From NCBI GenBank assembly GCA_050949525.1, contig JBMNFW010000001.1, positions 527,890 through 591,889 of the forward strand: 64,000 bases of DNA. The letters run 5' to 3'. Made by a program: the position numbers and the translations under genes. Below the pieces are notes generated by a model. That model was given only the letters and a program-made list of their open reading frames with translations, was not told the origin of the DNA and ran no database searches. This DNA comes from Patescibacteria group bacterium. Its GTDB lineage: Bacteria; Patescibacteriota; Patescibacteriia; Patescibacteriales; UBA12465. Shown here in pieces: positions 18,858-27,824 of the stretch (the first letter of the stretch is position 1; every line of letters starts with the position of its first letter).

Positions 18858-19682
18858 TTATTTTTTAAAGATTTTTAAAGATTTTTTTACCTCATCTAAT
18901 TTTTCTAAAGCTTCCGGATAAGCCCCATCAGAAAAAAGTTTTTCAATTTCTAAAATAATATCAGTCTCACTAACTAAATCTTCTTCTTTTTTAAGTTCCG
19001 GTTCAATAATTTCTTCTTCACTACTAGTAACTAAATCTTCAACCTCATCCTCTATTTTTACCTCCTCAACAATATCTATACTAAGCTCTTCTACTTCAAT
19101 TCCATTTTCCTCACTTAGAGAACTAGCTAGGATAATATCATTTTCCACTTCCTCTTCTTTTTTCTCTTCATCCTTTAAAGTATTCTTTTCCATTTTAGTT
19201 TTAACCTTAGAAATTTCACTCATAAAACTAGAGCTTAACTTTTCAACTTGAGCTTGATTCTCTTCATTATTAAATTCAGGATCCATTAAAACATTTAAAA
19301 TATCATGAGCATGATCACTAGCAAACTGAATAGAAAGCTTATCTCTTTGATTTTGAGAAAAGGTAGTATTCAATTTAGCTTTTTCACTAATAATTCGAGC
19401 AATGTATAAAGAATTATTAGGCTTAGAGTTTCTTAAAAATCCATTACCTAAAACCAAAGAAGTAACTACTAAAACAAAAACTCCCGCTACGACTAATAGT
19501 GGTTGAGAAAAAACGGCTATAAAATTCTTAAAATTAAAAGCTGAATAAGATTTAGAATTCTCGGCTGATTTAGTATTAGAAATTTGAGATAATAAAAGAT
19601 CTCGATTAGAACATTTAGTTTCTTCGGATAATCTAATACTCTTTAAAGTCTTTAATTGTTTTAATAATTCTTTATCTGTCAT
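18858..19682 (-). CDS. Single-pass membrane protein downstream of the ECF sigma (possible anti-sigma or regulatory partner)
   Basis: 274 aa with one TM helix (FIAVFSQPLLVVAGVFVLVVTSLVLG) and a highly acidic C-terminal half. Assignment is by position only. Confidence 0.35.
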   Translation of the reverse strand: MTDKELLKQLKTLKSIRLSEETKCSNRDLLLSQISNTKSAENSKSYSAFNFKNFIAVFSQPLLVVAGVFVLVVTSLVLGNGFLRNSKPNNSLYIARIISEKAKLNTTFSQNQRDKLSIQFASDHAHDILNVLMDPEFNNEENQAQVEKLSSSFMSEISKVKTKMEKNTLKDEEKKEEEVENDIILASSLSEENGIEVEELSIDIVEEVKIEDEVEDLVTSSEEEIIEPELKKEEDLVSETDIILEIEKLFSDGAYPEALEKLDEVKKSLKIFKK

Positions 19683-19764
19683 ATTTTTATCTCTCTACTA
19701 TAGTATACGTAAAAGTTAGAAAAATGTTACACCTAAATGCTAACTTTAAACCTATAAACATTGG

Positions 19765-19803
19765 TTAAAAAAGACTTAAGTCCACATTTTTGTGGACTTA
19801 AGT
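19765..19803 (-). terminator. Intrinsic terminator overlapping the ECF sigma stop codon
   Basis: Perfect 12-bp stem acttaagtccac / gtggacttaagt with loop attttt, then cTTTTTTaacc on the minus strand. Confidence 0.7.
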
Positions 19804-20379
19804 AGATATTTTATCCTCCATTAATAACTCCTTTAAGGCCTTTAAGGCCCGATGCAAAAGAACCCTTACATTAATTTTTTTCTTACCACTAAGACTAGAA
19901 ATCTCATCTAAAGATAACTCATTAACAAAACGCATTATGATTATCTCTCGATACTCATTCTTTAACTCCATAATCTTCTGTAATAATATTTGGTAGTCCC
20001 CTTTAATCTCCAAACTTAACTCAATATTATAATCTTCATCCACTACATCAATAGGATTATTTTCATCATCCAAAGATAAAGTATCAGGACGACGTTCTCG
20101 GTAATAATCTACTATTACATTTCTAGCAATCCGATATACTAAAGCTCGCAAGGTTTCTTTAGCCCCAACTTTATTCTTCTGTAAATATTCCCAAGTTTTT
20201 AAAAAAACTAAAGAAGATAAATCACTAGCCTCATCTTTTTTCCCAATCTTAAAAAAGATGAAACGATAAATATCATCAATATTTTTATTATATAAATCTT
20301 CAAAGGCTTGCTGATCTTTAGCTCGTAGACGATCTTTGAGATTTCTTTCTTTTAATTTTTCAATTATATTTAAAGACAT
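19798..20379 (-). CDS. ECF-type RNA polymerase sigma-70 family factor
   Basis: Region 2 (IDDIYRFIFFKIG..DEASDLSSLVFLKTWEYL) and region 4 HTH (REIIIMRFVNELSLDEISSLSGKKKINVRVLLHRALKALKE). The track ORF starts at TTG 20403; the first ATG is 20379. Confidence 0.8.
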   Translation of the reverse strand: MSLNIIEKLKERNLKDRLRAKDQQAFEDLYNKNIDDIYRFIFFKIGKKDEASDLSSLVFLKTWEYLQKNKVGAKETLRALVYRIARNVIVDYYRERRPDTLSLDDENNPIDVVDEDYNIELSLEIKGDYQILLQKIMELKNEYREIIIMRFVNELSLDEISSLSGKKKINVRVLLHRALKALKELLMEDKIST

Positions 20380-20464
20380 TTTTTTATTTTCTCTATTCAG
20401 CAAAAAACCAAGACTTCAACATAAAAAAGAAGCTTAAAACTTCTATTTAAATAGTAACACAATA

Positions 20465-20504
20465 AAAAAGAAAAAACAAGGCATTATCACCTGCCTTGTT
20501 TTTT
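20465..20504 (-). terminator. Terminator after the second lectin-like gene
   Basis: Stem aacaaggc / gccttgtt extended by A/T pairs, then a T-run on the minus strand, 20 nt after the stop. Confidence 0.6.
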
Positions 20505-20523
20505 AAATATTAATAGATTTTAA

Positions 20524-22344
20524 CTATCGCCCCCTCGGTCGCTCCTCAGCCAAATTTTCCATCGCTAATTCATCATCAGATATTTTTACACAACGAACAG
20601 AAAAAGCATTAGGATTAGTACGAGAACTAATCACATCCTTAATTTGAGACTCATCATTTAAAGACTCTAAAAAGACTACTCGATCACCAATAGTAAGACC
20701 GGAACCAGGACGACTAGCGGTCATATCACTATCACTCAATCTCATATTATCAAGCCAAAAATAAGCTTTCTCTCCTTTTTCAAAAAATCCATCTTCCGGT
20801 CCGTTATAATAACCACCGGGTAAAGCGGTAAAACCAATTGTATTACCTCCATCCCAAAACGGACTCTTGGATTTTAAAGCATAACCAGCCAATTCAAATC
20901 TAGTAACATTATTATCATCACCTATTGAAACAGGGACCTCTTCACCAACTAATCCCATTAACGCCACCCAATCACTATAAGTAGCCACTCTCCAGCCATC
21001 AGGGCAAATACTTCTTCTTACTCCTAAATTTAAATTTTCATTATTATCTATTATTAACATTCCATCATCTTGAGATAACTGATTACCTTGAGGTAAAAAA
21101 TGCTGACCAGCTTGAGGTGATGCAGACTGTTCCACAATATATAATAGCCGGGTATATAAGCCGCCATATTTTTTACAATTCTCTATGTCATTATCATAAC
21201 AATATTTTTCTACAACCCTCTCAGATGTAGCTATATTTTCAATTCTCCCGCCACTTGGTAACTCATCACCATTTTCTGGTAACATATCAATATCCCCCTC
21301 CTGATTATTTTCTGAACTATCCATCATTTCGCCAAAATTTAAATTTTCTCTAAACCAACATTGATCAATAATTTTAATATTATTATTGTCATCTATATTA
21401 TTATTGTCATCTGGTCCAGTAATAGGTTGATTGTCATCACCTATTAATGGCAAAACTCCACCTAATGTAGGTTTTTTTAATCCCTTAATTAAAACCGTCT
21501 TGTACACTTGACCATCTCTCTCATCAATGAAGTCATCACCACAGATCCATTCTTTAACTGATGATCCAGAAGAACTAATTGGTAATAATGGTAAAGGTAA
21601 AACACTTTCTTCAGTTTGATCGTTTCTTGTACTAGTAATAGTGATAGTATTACCATAGATGATTTGATTATCAGAGGTAATGAGATAGGCTCGGAAGAAG
21701 GGATAAGTACCAGGAACTAGATTTTGAATATTAAGAGTATAACTATTATTAGTATTAACAGTATCATCTATTACTTTATCTTCATAATCATCTAAACTAG
21801 GAACTAGTTTAATATCAGGTAATACAGAATAATCATAGATAATACCTCGTTCTTTAATACTAATATTATCAGGATTGATAATATTAGTAGTAATAGGGAT
21901 AATATGAGAGAAATCTTTTAATTCTTCAATCTTCTGAGTTTCTAAGATAATATTATTAATATCATCATTATTATTATCTAATAATGTATCTTCTAAACCT
22001 AATTCTCTTAATATATCTAGAGCTTCATGAGGACGACCTAAATAGATAGCTTCTAAAGTATCAGGATGGATGTAATAGGCTCGGCCATCTTCTTCGACTG
22101 ATATTAATATGACTCCAGCTAATCTTTCTGGGAACTTAGTAGCTAGAAATCTATCGAGATCAGCTTTAGATATACCTAGACCTAGTTTCTGCATGATATC
22201 GAAGGCTTCTCTAGGACTAGACAGAGACTTTCTTTCAGCAGGATTTAATACTCGACCAGGAGAGAAAGAAATATTAGCTAGAGAGAAAGTAATGGAAGCT
22301 AGGAATAATAGTCCGAGGCTTAGAAAAACAATTTTTTTCTTCAT
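20524..22344 (-). CDS. Secreted lectin-like protein, paralog of 540..3734, with one insertion-rich Fibrobacter-paralogous-type domain
   Basis: N-terminal ~270 aa are almost identical to 540..3734. The C-terminal part keeps DERDG.VYKTV, CWF.ENL, GGLY, CPDGWRV, GFTALPGG and VRC blocks, separated by long Asn/Asp-rich insertions. Start chosen by homology (MKKKIVFLSL); the track ORF has two more in-frame ATGs up to 22356. Confidence 0.8.
   Translation of the reverse strand: MKKKIVFLSLGLLFLASITFSLANISFSPGRVLNPAERKSLSSPREAFDIMQKLGLGISKADLDRFLATKFPERLAGVILISVEEDGRAYYIHPDTLEAIYLGRPHEALDILRELGLEDTLLDNNNDDINNIILETQKIEELKDFSHIIPITTNIINPDNISIKERGIIYDYSVLPDIKLVPSLDDYEDKVIDDTVNTNNSYTLNIQNLVPGTYPFFRAYLITSDNQIIYGNTITITSTRNDQTEESVLPLPLLPISSSGSSVKEWICGDDFIDERDGQVYKTVLIKGLKKPTLGGVLPLIGDDNQPITGPDDNNNIDDNNNIKIIDQCWFRENLNFGEMMDSSENNQEGDIDMLPENGDELPSGGRIENIATSERVVEKYCYDNDIENCKKYGGLYTRLLYIVEQSASPQAGQHFLPQGNQLSQDDGMLIIDNNENLNLGVRRSICPDGWRVATYSDWVALMGLVGEEVPVSIGDDNNVTRFELAGYALKSKSPFWDGGNTIGFTALPGGYYNGPEDGFFEKGEKAYFWLDNMRLSDSDMTASRPGSGLTIGDRVVFLESLNDESQIKDVISSRTNPNAFSVRCVKISDDELAMENLAEERPRGR
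21511..22323. repeat. Copy B of the 813-bp near-identical direct repeat (partner 2901..3713)
   Basis: See copy A; same orientation, offset 18610. Confidence 0.9.
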
Positions 22345-22409
22345 AGACATAGACATTTACTTAATTATAATTAACTATATGATCAATTATTGCATAAATG
22401 TCAATAAAA

Positions 22410-22438
22410 TTGACTTAAAAATCATTCTAAGTTAAACT
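22410..22438 (+). promoter_or_regulatory. Sigma-70-like promoter for the HTH gene
   Basis: TTGACT (22410-15), 17-nt spacer, TAAACT (22433-38), 14 nt before the ATG. Confidence 0.4.
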
Positions 22439-22451
22439 TAAAATTACTTTT

Positions 22452-22709
22452 ATGATTACTAAACCTAAAAAAATTGAACGTCAAATATGGCTCTCAGTTT
22501 CTGAATCAGCTAAACTAGCTGGGGTAGATAGTAAAACTATTAGACGAGCTATTAAAGCCAAAAATATTAAGTATAAAGTTTTGGGTAATCGTTATGCTAT
22601 TCGTCTTCAATCAGTAATCGATTTCGCGCATCATAACACTAAACTACGGAATAAATTTTACACCCAAGGCTTGGGACAATACATCGCTAAATTTAAAAAA
22701 GATTACTAA
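22452..22709 (+). CDS. Small helix-turn-helix DNA-binding protein (excisionase/MerR-type HTH)
   Basis: 85 aa. WLSVSESAKLAGVDSKTIRRAIKAKNIKY is an HTH_17-like pattern. Divergently transcribed from the second lectin-like gene. Confidence 0.6.
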   Translation: MITKPKKIERQIWLSVSESAKLAGVDSKTIRRAIKAKNIKYKVLGNRYAIRLQSVIDFAHHNTKLRNKFYTQGLGQYIAKFKKDY

Positions 22710-22717
22710 ACCTTAAA

Positions 22718-22761
22718 CAAAAAAAGAAAGCAACCACTCTATGGCGGTTGCTTTCTTTTTA
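22718..22761. terminator. Bidirectional terminator between convergent genes
   Basis: Stem agaaagcaacc / ggttgctttct flanked by an A-run upstream and a T-run downstream. Confidence 0.7.
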
Positions 22762-22788
22762 TTATGTAATTCTTTTTATCAATTGTTA

Positions 22789-23061
22789 CTAAAGAATTGC
22801 ATCCTTAGCTGCTTTTGCAACTCGGAATTTAACAACTTTTTTAGCTGGAATGTGAATCTCCTCTCCAGTAGCAGGGTTTCTTCCCATTCGAGCTTTTCGA
22901 TTTTGAAGAACTAATTTACCAAATCCAGGTAAAGTAAATTCTCCGTTCTTTTTTGTTTCGCTATAAGCGATATTGGTTAGGCTGTCCATAAAATCAACAA
23001 CCTCCTTCTTACTTAAGCCATTTTTTTCAGCTAAAGTAGAAATTAACTGTGCTTTTGTCAT
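22789..23061 (-). CDS. hup: DNA-binding protein HU
   Basis: 90 aa. MTKAQLISTLAEK...GFGKLVLQNRKARMGRNPATGEEIHIPAKKVVKFR is the HU/IHF signature. Confidence 0.9.
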   Translation of the reverse strand: MTKAQLISTLAEKNGLSKKEVVDFMDSLTNIAYSETKKNGEFTLPGFGKLVLQNRKARMGRNPATGEEIHIPAKKVVKFRVAKAAKDAIL

Positions 23062-23178
23062 AATTTTTAAATTAATTTTAAAAAACTTTTAATAAGTACT
23101 TTAAAATTAATTTTGATTAATTTTTAATAACTAATTGAAAAAGAATTAATTGTATATATATTATAGCACTTTTTCAGA

Positions 23179-24270
23179 TTATGGCAATATTTCCAATATT
23201 TGACTAATACTACTCTGCTTAGTTTTTATTAAATAAGGTTTAAAGTCAATTTTATAAATCTCCGAATCTTTTTTAAAATTTACTTCAATTGCTAAACCTT
23301 CTTGAGTCTTATCGGAAAAATATTGATCGAAAATAAAGTTACCGAGAGAATAGAAAATAGGTTTGTCTTGATAAACTTCATAATCCTGAACCACATGAGG
23401 ATGATGACCAATAATTAAATCCGCTCCAGCTTCAACCATTGCTCGAGCTAAAGATCGTTGCTTATCATTAGCTCTCTCTTGATATTCTTGACCAAAATGA
23501 ACATTAACAATTACTAAATCATTATTATCTTTTAAATCCTTAATTCGATTTAAAACTTCTTGCTCATCAATATCTCGATACACTGAACTAAAACCAAGAA
23601 AAACTATTCTTTCTCCCTTTATCTCTAAAACCACATCAGAACAATTATTAAAATCTAAGATAGGCATCTCCTCCCCCAAAATTACTGACTCAGAACTAGT
23701 AGTAAAAGCTAAATGAGCATCCTGACAACCAGAATAATAGAAACCTAATTGACTAAGATTTCTATAGGTTTCCTCAATACCAATTCGCCCCTGATCAGAT
23801 AAATGATTATTAGCTAAATTAAAAAAATTAATATTATATTTCTTTAATTCTTTAATTATTTCGGGCTTAAAAGCAAAATCATAAAGATTATGAGGTGGAT
23901 AATGCTGTCCCTCATTAGTTACTGCTCCTTCTAAATTAGCTGAGATTAAGTCATAATTTTCAAAAAAAGACTCCGCTTCAGCTAAACTAAAAAGAGAATC
24001 TAATCCTTGTCGATTAATAATTTCCCCAACATGTCTATCTAACATTAAATCACCGAAGAATAAAAATCGGAGCTCCAAAGAATCATCTTCCTTTATTTCT
24101 TCCACTTCATTATTACTACTAGACCAAATTTCTAAACTGGGATTTTCTTCAATTATTTTTCGATCAAACTTTAAACTCTGTCGTTCTTGCCAAACAGAAA
24201 AATTCTGTCCCACCACTATAACAGCCAAAAAAATAATTAAAACAATTAAAAAAGGTCGTATAATCTTCAT
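23179..24270 (-). CDS. CapA-family (PGA_cap) metallophosphatase-like protein
   Basis: 363 aa with an N-terminal TM. FFGDLMLDRH, ANLEGA, NLANNHLSDQG and GHHPHVVQ motifs. Confidence 0.75.
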   Translation of the reverse strand: MKIIRPFLIVLIIFLAVIVVGQNFSVWQERQSLKFDRKIIEENPSLEIWSSSNNEVEEIKEDDSLELRFLFFGDLMLDRHVGEIINRQGLDSLFSLAEAESFFENYDLISANLEGAVTNEGQHYPPHNLYDFAFKPEIIKELKKYNINFFNLANNHLSDQGRIGIEETYRNLSQLGFYYSGCQDAHLAFTTSSESVILGEEMPILDFNNCSDVVLEIKGERIVFLGFSSVYRDIDEQEVLNRIKDLKDNNDLVIVNVHFGQEYQERANDKQRSLARAMVEAGADLIIGHHPHVVQDYEVYQDKPIFYSLGNFIFDQYFSDKTQEGLAIEVNFKKDSEIYKIDFKPYLIKTKQSSISQILEILP

Positions 24271-24278
24271 ATTTTATT

Positions 24279-24731
24279 CTAATTACAAGCCGTGCTAGTA
24301 GATGTAATTCCAGTTGGAGTAGCACATTTAATACCAGCATCAAGATTTCCAGTGCTTCCCCCTAAACAAAACTCAATTACATAACTAGCACCAGAATTAA
24401 TTTGATGATAATTATAACTAGAGCTAAGACAGGATCCATCAGCTGGACTAGGTCCACTAGGAACAATAGCCATATAAACACTACTAGAATCATAAGCAAT
24501 ACTAGCCCCAGCTACTAAATCACTAGGATATTTCTGCCAATCATTAAAGTATAATTCTAAAGCGGTTTGAATTTGTTTAATATCAGCTATTCTTTTAGCA
24601 TCTCGAGCACTCTTACGAGCCTGTTGTAAAGAAATAACAGCCAAAGTCGCCAAAACACCGATAATAGCAATGACAACTAATAATTCAACTAAAGAAAAAC
24701 CAGCTTTTTTATTTTTCTCTCTTTTAATCAT
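24279..24731 (-). CDS. Type IV pilin-like protein (prepilin N-terminal cleavage/methylation domain)
   Basis: 150 aa. KAGFSLVELLVVIAIIGVLATLAV is a class III signal. The N-terminal ~65 aa are nearly identical to 56970..57410. Confidence 0.85.
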   Translation of the reverse strand: MIKREKNKKAGFSLVELLVVIAIIGVLATLAVISLQQARKSARDAKRIADIKQIQTALELYFNDWQKYPSDLVAGASIAYDSSSVYMAIVPSGPSPADGSCLSSSYNYHQINSGASYVIEFCLGGSTGNLDAGIKCATPTGITSTSTACN

Positions 24732-24827
24732 AAATTTAAGTTAAATTAATTATATCTTTATTATACCAAATATTTGACTTTATATCCACCTTATTATATA
24801 ACTTAAGTAGATCTTTAAAAATGAGAA

Positions 24828-25394
24828 ATGGAAACAATAACAATAAAAGAAAAATCACTGATCGACAAAATAGAAATTGTCGATCATCACGAAGTCGAAG
24901 CTTCGTGGAATCTACTCCCGTTAAAGAATCACCCAATTCATTTTCCCAAAAATTTCCTATCGGAAATTGATGAAGAAAGTGATTTCTTTATCATTTACTT
25001 ATCGGGAACCCCGATAAAAAAAATGAAAAAAATAAAAAAAGACATAGCTCTTAACATCCAAGAGTTGGATGTTAGAGAATGGGACCGGTATTCTCAATCG
25101 GGATACCATCTCATTAAACTGGGACCTCTAGAAAACGTGGTCCCAAATCAGAGAGAAATCATAATGCCATCGGAATGGCGTCGAGCTAATATCCGAGAAG
25201 CCCTAGAAATCGCCTTTTTTCTCCAAAAAAGAGGCATATATCTGGACTCATGGCATGCGTGCTATGGCCAAACAAACAAATGGGGCGAAAAAAAATTTAA
25301 TTTATTGAAATCCTCTCCTAGAAAAATAACAGCAATCTGTAGGGATATAATCTCAGATCATTACCATCTGAGACCCTTGCTAATATATGAGTAA
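24828..25394 (+). CDS. Hypothetical protein (orphan)
   Basis: 188-aa ORF with no recognisable motif. Own promoter-like TTGACT-17-TATAAC at 24775-24803, and a terminator directly after the stop. Confidence 0.5.
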   Translation: METITIKEKSLIDKIEIVDHHEVEASWNLLPLKNHPIHFPKNFLSEIDEESDFFIIYLSGTPIKKMKKIKKDIALNIQELDVREWDRYSQSGYHLIKLGPLENVVPNQREIIMPSEWRRANIREALEIAFFLQKRGIYLDSWHACYGQTNKWGEKKFNLLKSSPRKITAICRDIISDHYHLRPLLIYE

Positions 25395-25395
25395 T

Positions 25396-25427
25396 AAAAA
25401 ATAAACCTTCAATAGAAGGTTTTTTTA
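25396..25427. terminator. Bidirectional terminator
   Basis: Stem aaaccttc / gaaggttt with loop aata, A-run before and T-run after. Overlaps the stop of the convergent AI-2E gene. Confidence 0.7.
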
Positions 25428-26453
25428 TTTCTCTAACTTATCAGAGAACTCAGTCTCATAAATATGGAAAATAGAAGCTACTAAAGACATAACTAGAGGA
25501 CCAATAATTATCCCCCAAAAAGCAAATAATTTCACACCCCCCAAAATAGATAGAATAACAAATATAGGATTAAGAGCCGGCGGACTCTTGATCAAATATT
25601 TTTTAATAGAATGTTTAGCTAATCCAATGCTTAGTATACACCAAATAAGAATAAGTAATCCCTGCCAAAAATTACCAAAGGCCATTATATATAAAGTAGC
25701 GGGTAAGTAAAAAATTACTGAACCAATATAAGGAATTAAAGACAAGAACGTCATGATAATAAAAACAAAAATAAAAGGCCAACCAACAAAGAAAAATCCG
25801 AAAGCTCCTAATAATCCCTGAACAGTAGCGCTAAAAAAAATGGAGATAAAAGTACTACGACTAATCTGACGAAACTTTTTTATTATATCTCGATCGTAAT
25901 TATTAGGTAAAGGAGAAAGAAGTATTAATCTTCGAGCTAAGGGTTTTCCCTCAATGAAGAAAAAGAACATTGTTAAAATTATAATACCAATTGACAATAA
26001 AGATTTTCCGGCCCCTCTAACAATTACACTAGTACCGCTTAATAACCAATTTTTGATACTATTAGTATTCTCAATTATCGCTTTTTTTAAAACCTTTTCA
26101 ACCGAATCTCCTAATTCTAATTTTTCTAAAAAATCAAATTGAAAAAATTTAGCCTGATTAACTATATCATTTACCTGACCATAAGAACTAACAGCTCTCT
26201 TACCTACAAAAACTAAAAAATGACTTAAGGGAGCCACCACAATTAAAATTAAGAATAAACATAAAACAAAAGAAGAAAAATACTTCTTGTTCCCCAAAAA
26301 TTTAGTTAATTTTTCATGCCAAGGATAAAAAATTGATACTAAGACAGTAGCAATGATAATTTCCGCCCAAAAAGGACGAAATAATAGAAAAATACCACCT
26401 AAACTTAGGATGAGTAGAAAAATTAAAAATGGTCGATGAAATTTTTTAGCCAT
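25425..26453 (-). CDS. AI-2E family transporter (PerM/UPF0118)
   Basis: 342 aa and polytopic. LSLIPYIGSVIFYLPATLY and GGVKLFAFWGIIIGP blocks. Paralog of 34042..35073. Confidence 0.75.
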   Translation of the reverse strand: MAKKFHRPFLIFLLILSLGGIFLLFRPFWAEIIIATVLVSIFYPWHEKLTKFLGNKKYFSSFVLCLFLILIVVAPLSHFLVFVGKRAVSSYGQVNDIVNQAKFFQFDFLEKLELGDSVEKVLKKAIIENTNSIKNWLLSGTSVIVRGAGKSLLSIGIIILTMFFFFIEGKPLARRLILLSPLPNNYDRDIIKKFRQISRSTFISIFFSATVQGLLGAFGFFFVGWPFIFVFIIMTFLSLIPYIGSVIFYLPATLYIMAFGNFWQGLLILIWCILSIGLAKHSIKKYLIKSPPALNPIFVILSILGGVKLFAFWGIIIGPLVMSLVASIFHIYETEFSDKLEK

Positions 26454-26456
26454 AAA

Positions 26457-27821
26457 TTAAAATTCATACACCTGTCCAAAATCAGGAATTAAAGCTTTGG
26501 TTTTTATTTTCTTACGAACCTCTTCCGCTATTAAATAACAAGACTTCTCTTCCCCATGTACTAAAAAAACATATTTAGGTTTAGGGGCTCTCATTTTATT
26601 CAACCACTTTACCAAAGCATCATGATCAGCATGAGCTGAATAAGAGTTAATAACTGAAACCTTAGCTTTCACATCGTATTTCATATTATCAATTAAAACT
26701 GATTTATGACCAGTTAGAAGTTTACGACCTAAAGATCCGGGAACCTGATAAGCTACTAACATCACCTGACTATTTTTATCCTCTAGATTAAACTTTAAAT
26801 GATAAGTAATTCGTCCACCGTTACACATTCCACCTCCAGCTAAAACCACTTTAGGTGGAGCTACATGATTAATCTTTTTTGAATCTTCAGACAAAAGAGT
26901 AAATTCTAATCCCGGAAATTCAAACAATTCATCACCAGAAGCAATTAAATCTAAAGAAGTTTTATCATAAAGATCTTCATAATCTTTATATATCTCAGTA
27001 GCTTTAATAGCTAGAGGGCTATCTAAATAGATTGGAACATAGGGAATCTTCCTATTCTCAACCAAGTCATTTAATTCATATAATATCTCTTGAACTTTTT
27101 CTAAAGCAAAAATTGGAATCATTAAAGTCCCCTTTCTTTTAACACAATCAATAATGGTTCGACGAATTGTCTCCAAGCCCTTATCACGAGATTCATGTAA
27201 AACTCCAGCATAAGTTGATTCTATAATAACAATATCAGCCCCATCAGCATATTCAATATCCTTTATAATCCGAGCGGGTGAATTACCTAAATCACCGGAA
27301 TAAATAATCTTCTTTTCTTCGGACCCTTCTTTAACCCAAATTTCAAAAAAGCAAGATCCTAAAATATGTCCAGCATTGCGCAATCTAACTCGAACATCAT
27401 TAGATATTATTATCTCCTCACCATAGGGTAATTCATGAAAAAGCTTCATCACTTCTCGAGCATCATCTTCCGAATAAAATGGTTCACGTCCCATATCCCG
27501 AGCTTCGGAATAAATTATCTTAGCTGAATCTTCTAACATTAGGGCGGCTAAATCTCGAGTAGCGGCAGTGCTATATATTTTCCCCGAAAAACCATGTTTG
27601 TATAATTTTGGTAATCGACCACAATGATCAATATGAGCATGAGTTAATAGAACAAAATTAATTTCTTCAGGAGCAAAAGAAAAATCATCCAGGTTGCGAT
27701 TATTAACATAATCCTCCCCTTGAAACATACCACAATCTAATAAAAATTTACTTTTTCTAGTCTCAACCAAAATACAAGATCCGGTTACTTCTCGACTAGC
27801 TCCATGAAACGATATCTTCAT
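26457..27821 (-). CDS. MBL-fold beta-CASP ribonuclease (RNase J/CPSF-like)
   Basis: 454 aa. FLLDCGMFQG, LLTHAHIDHCGRLP and a C-terminal SAHADHDAL motif. Confidence 0.8.
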   Translation of the reverse strand: MKISFHGASREVTGSCILVETRKSKFLLDCGMFQGEDYVNNRNLDDFSFAPEEINFVLLTHAHIDHCGRLPKLYKHGFSGKIYSTAATRDLAALMLEDSAKIIYSEARDMGREPFYSEDDAREVMKLFHELPYGEEIIISNDVRVRLRNAGHILGSCFFEIWVKEGSEEKKIIYSGDLGNSPARIIKDIEYADGADIVIIESTYAGVLHESRDKGLETIRRTIIDCVKRKGTLMIPIFALEKVQEILYELNDLVENRKIPYVPIYLDSPLAIKATEIYKDYEDLYDKTSLDLIASGDELFEFPGLEFTLLSEDSKKINHVAPPKVVLAGGGMCNGGRITYHLKFNLEDKNSQVMLVAYQVPGSLGRKLLTGHKSVLIDNMKYDVKAKVSVINSYSAHADHDALVKWLNKMRAPKPKYVFLVHGEEKSCYLIAEEVRKKIKTKALIPDFGQVYEF

Positions 27822-27824
27822 AAT

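Noticed and set aside
2901-22323. Diversity-generating retroelement (template/variable repeat pair), since C-type-lectin-fold proteins are common DGR targets
   Set aside because: The 5 differences between the repeat copies are transitions of mixed type, not adenine-specific. The repeat covers the N-terminal module rather than the lectin C-terminus. No reverse transcriptase or Avd-like ORF is in the window.
22331-22344. Homopolymer tract (A7/T7) just after the start codon of the second lectin-like gene as a phase-variation switch
   Set aside because: Runs of 7-8 A/T are frequent throughout this AT-rich window (for example at 12661-12690 and 14192-14199), so the tract is not distinctive.
24736-24936. 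66-aa minus-strand ORF between the pilin gene and the orphan gene
   Set aside because: It overlaps the better-supported plus-strand ORF and the divergent promoter region. Low-complexity translation.
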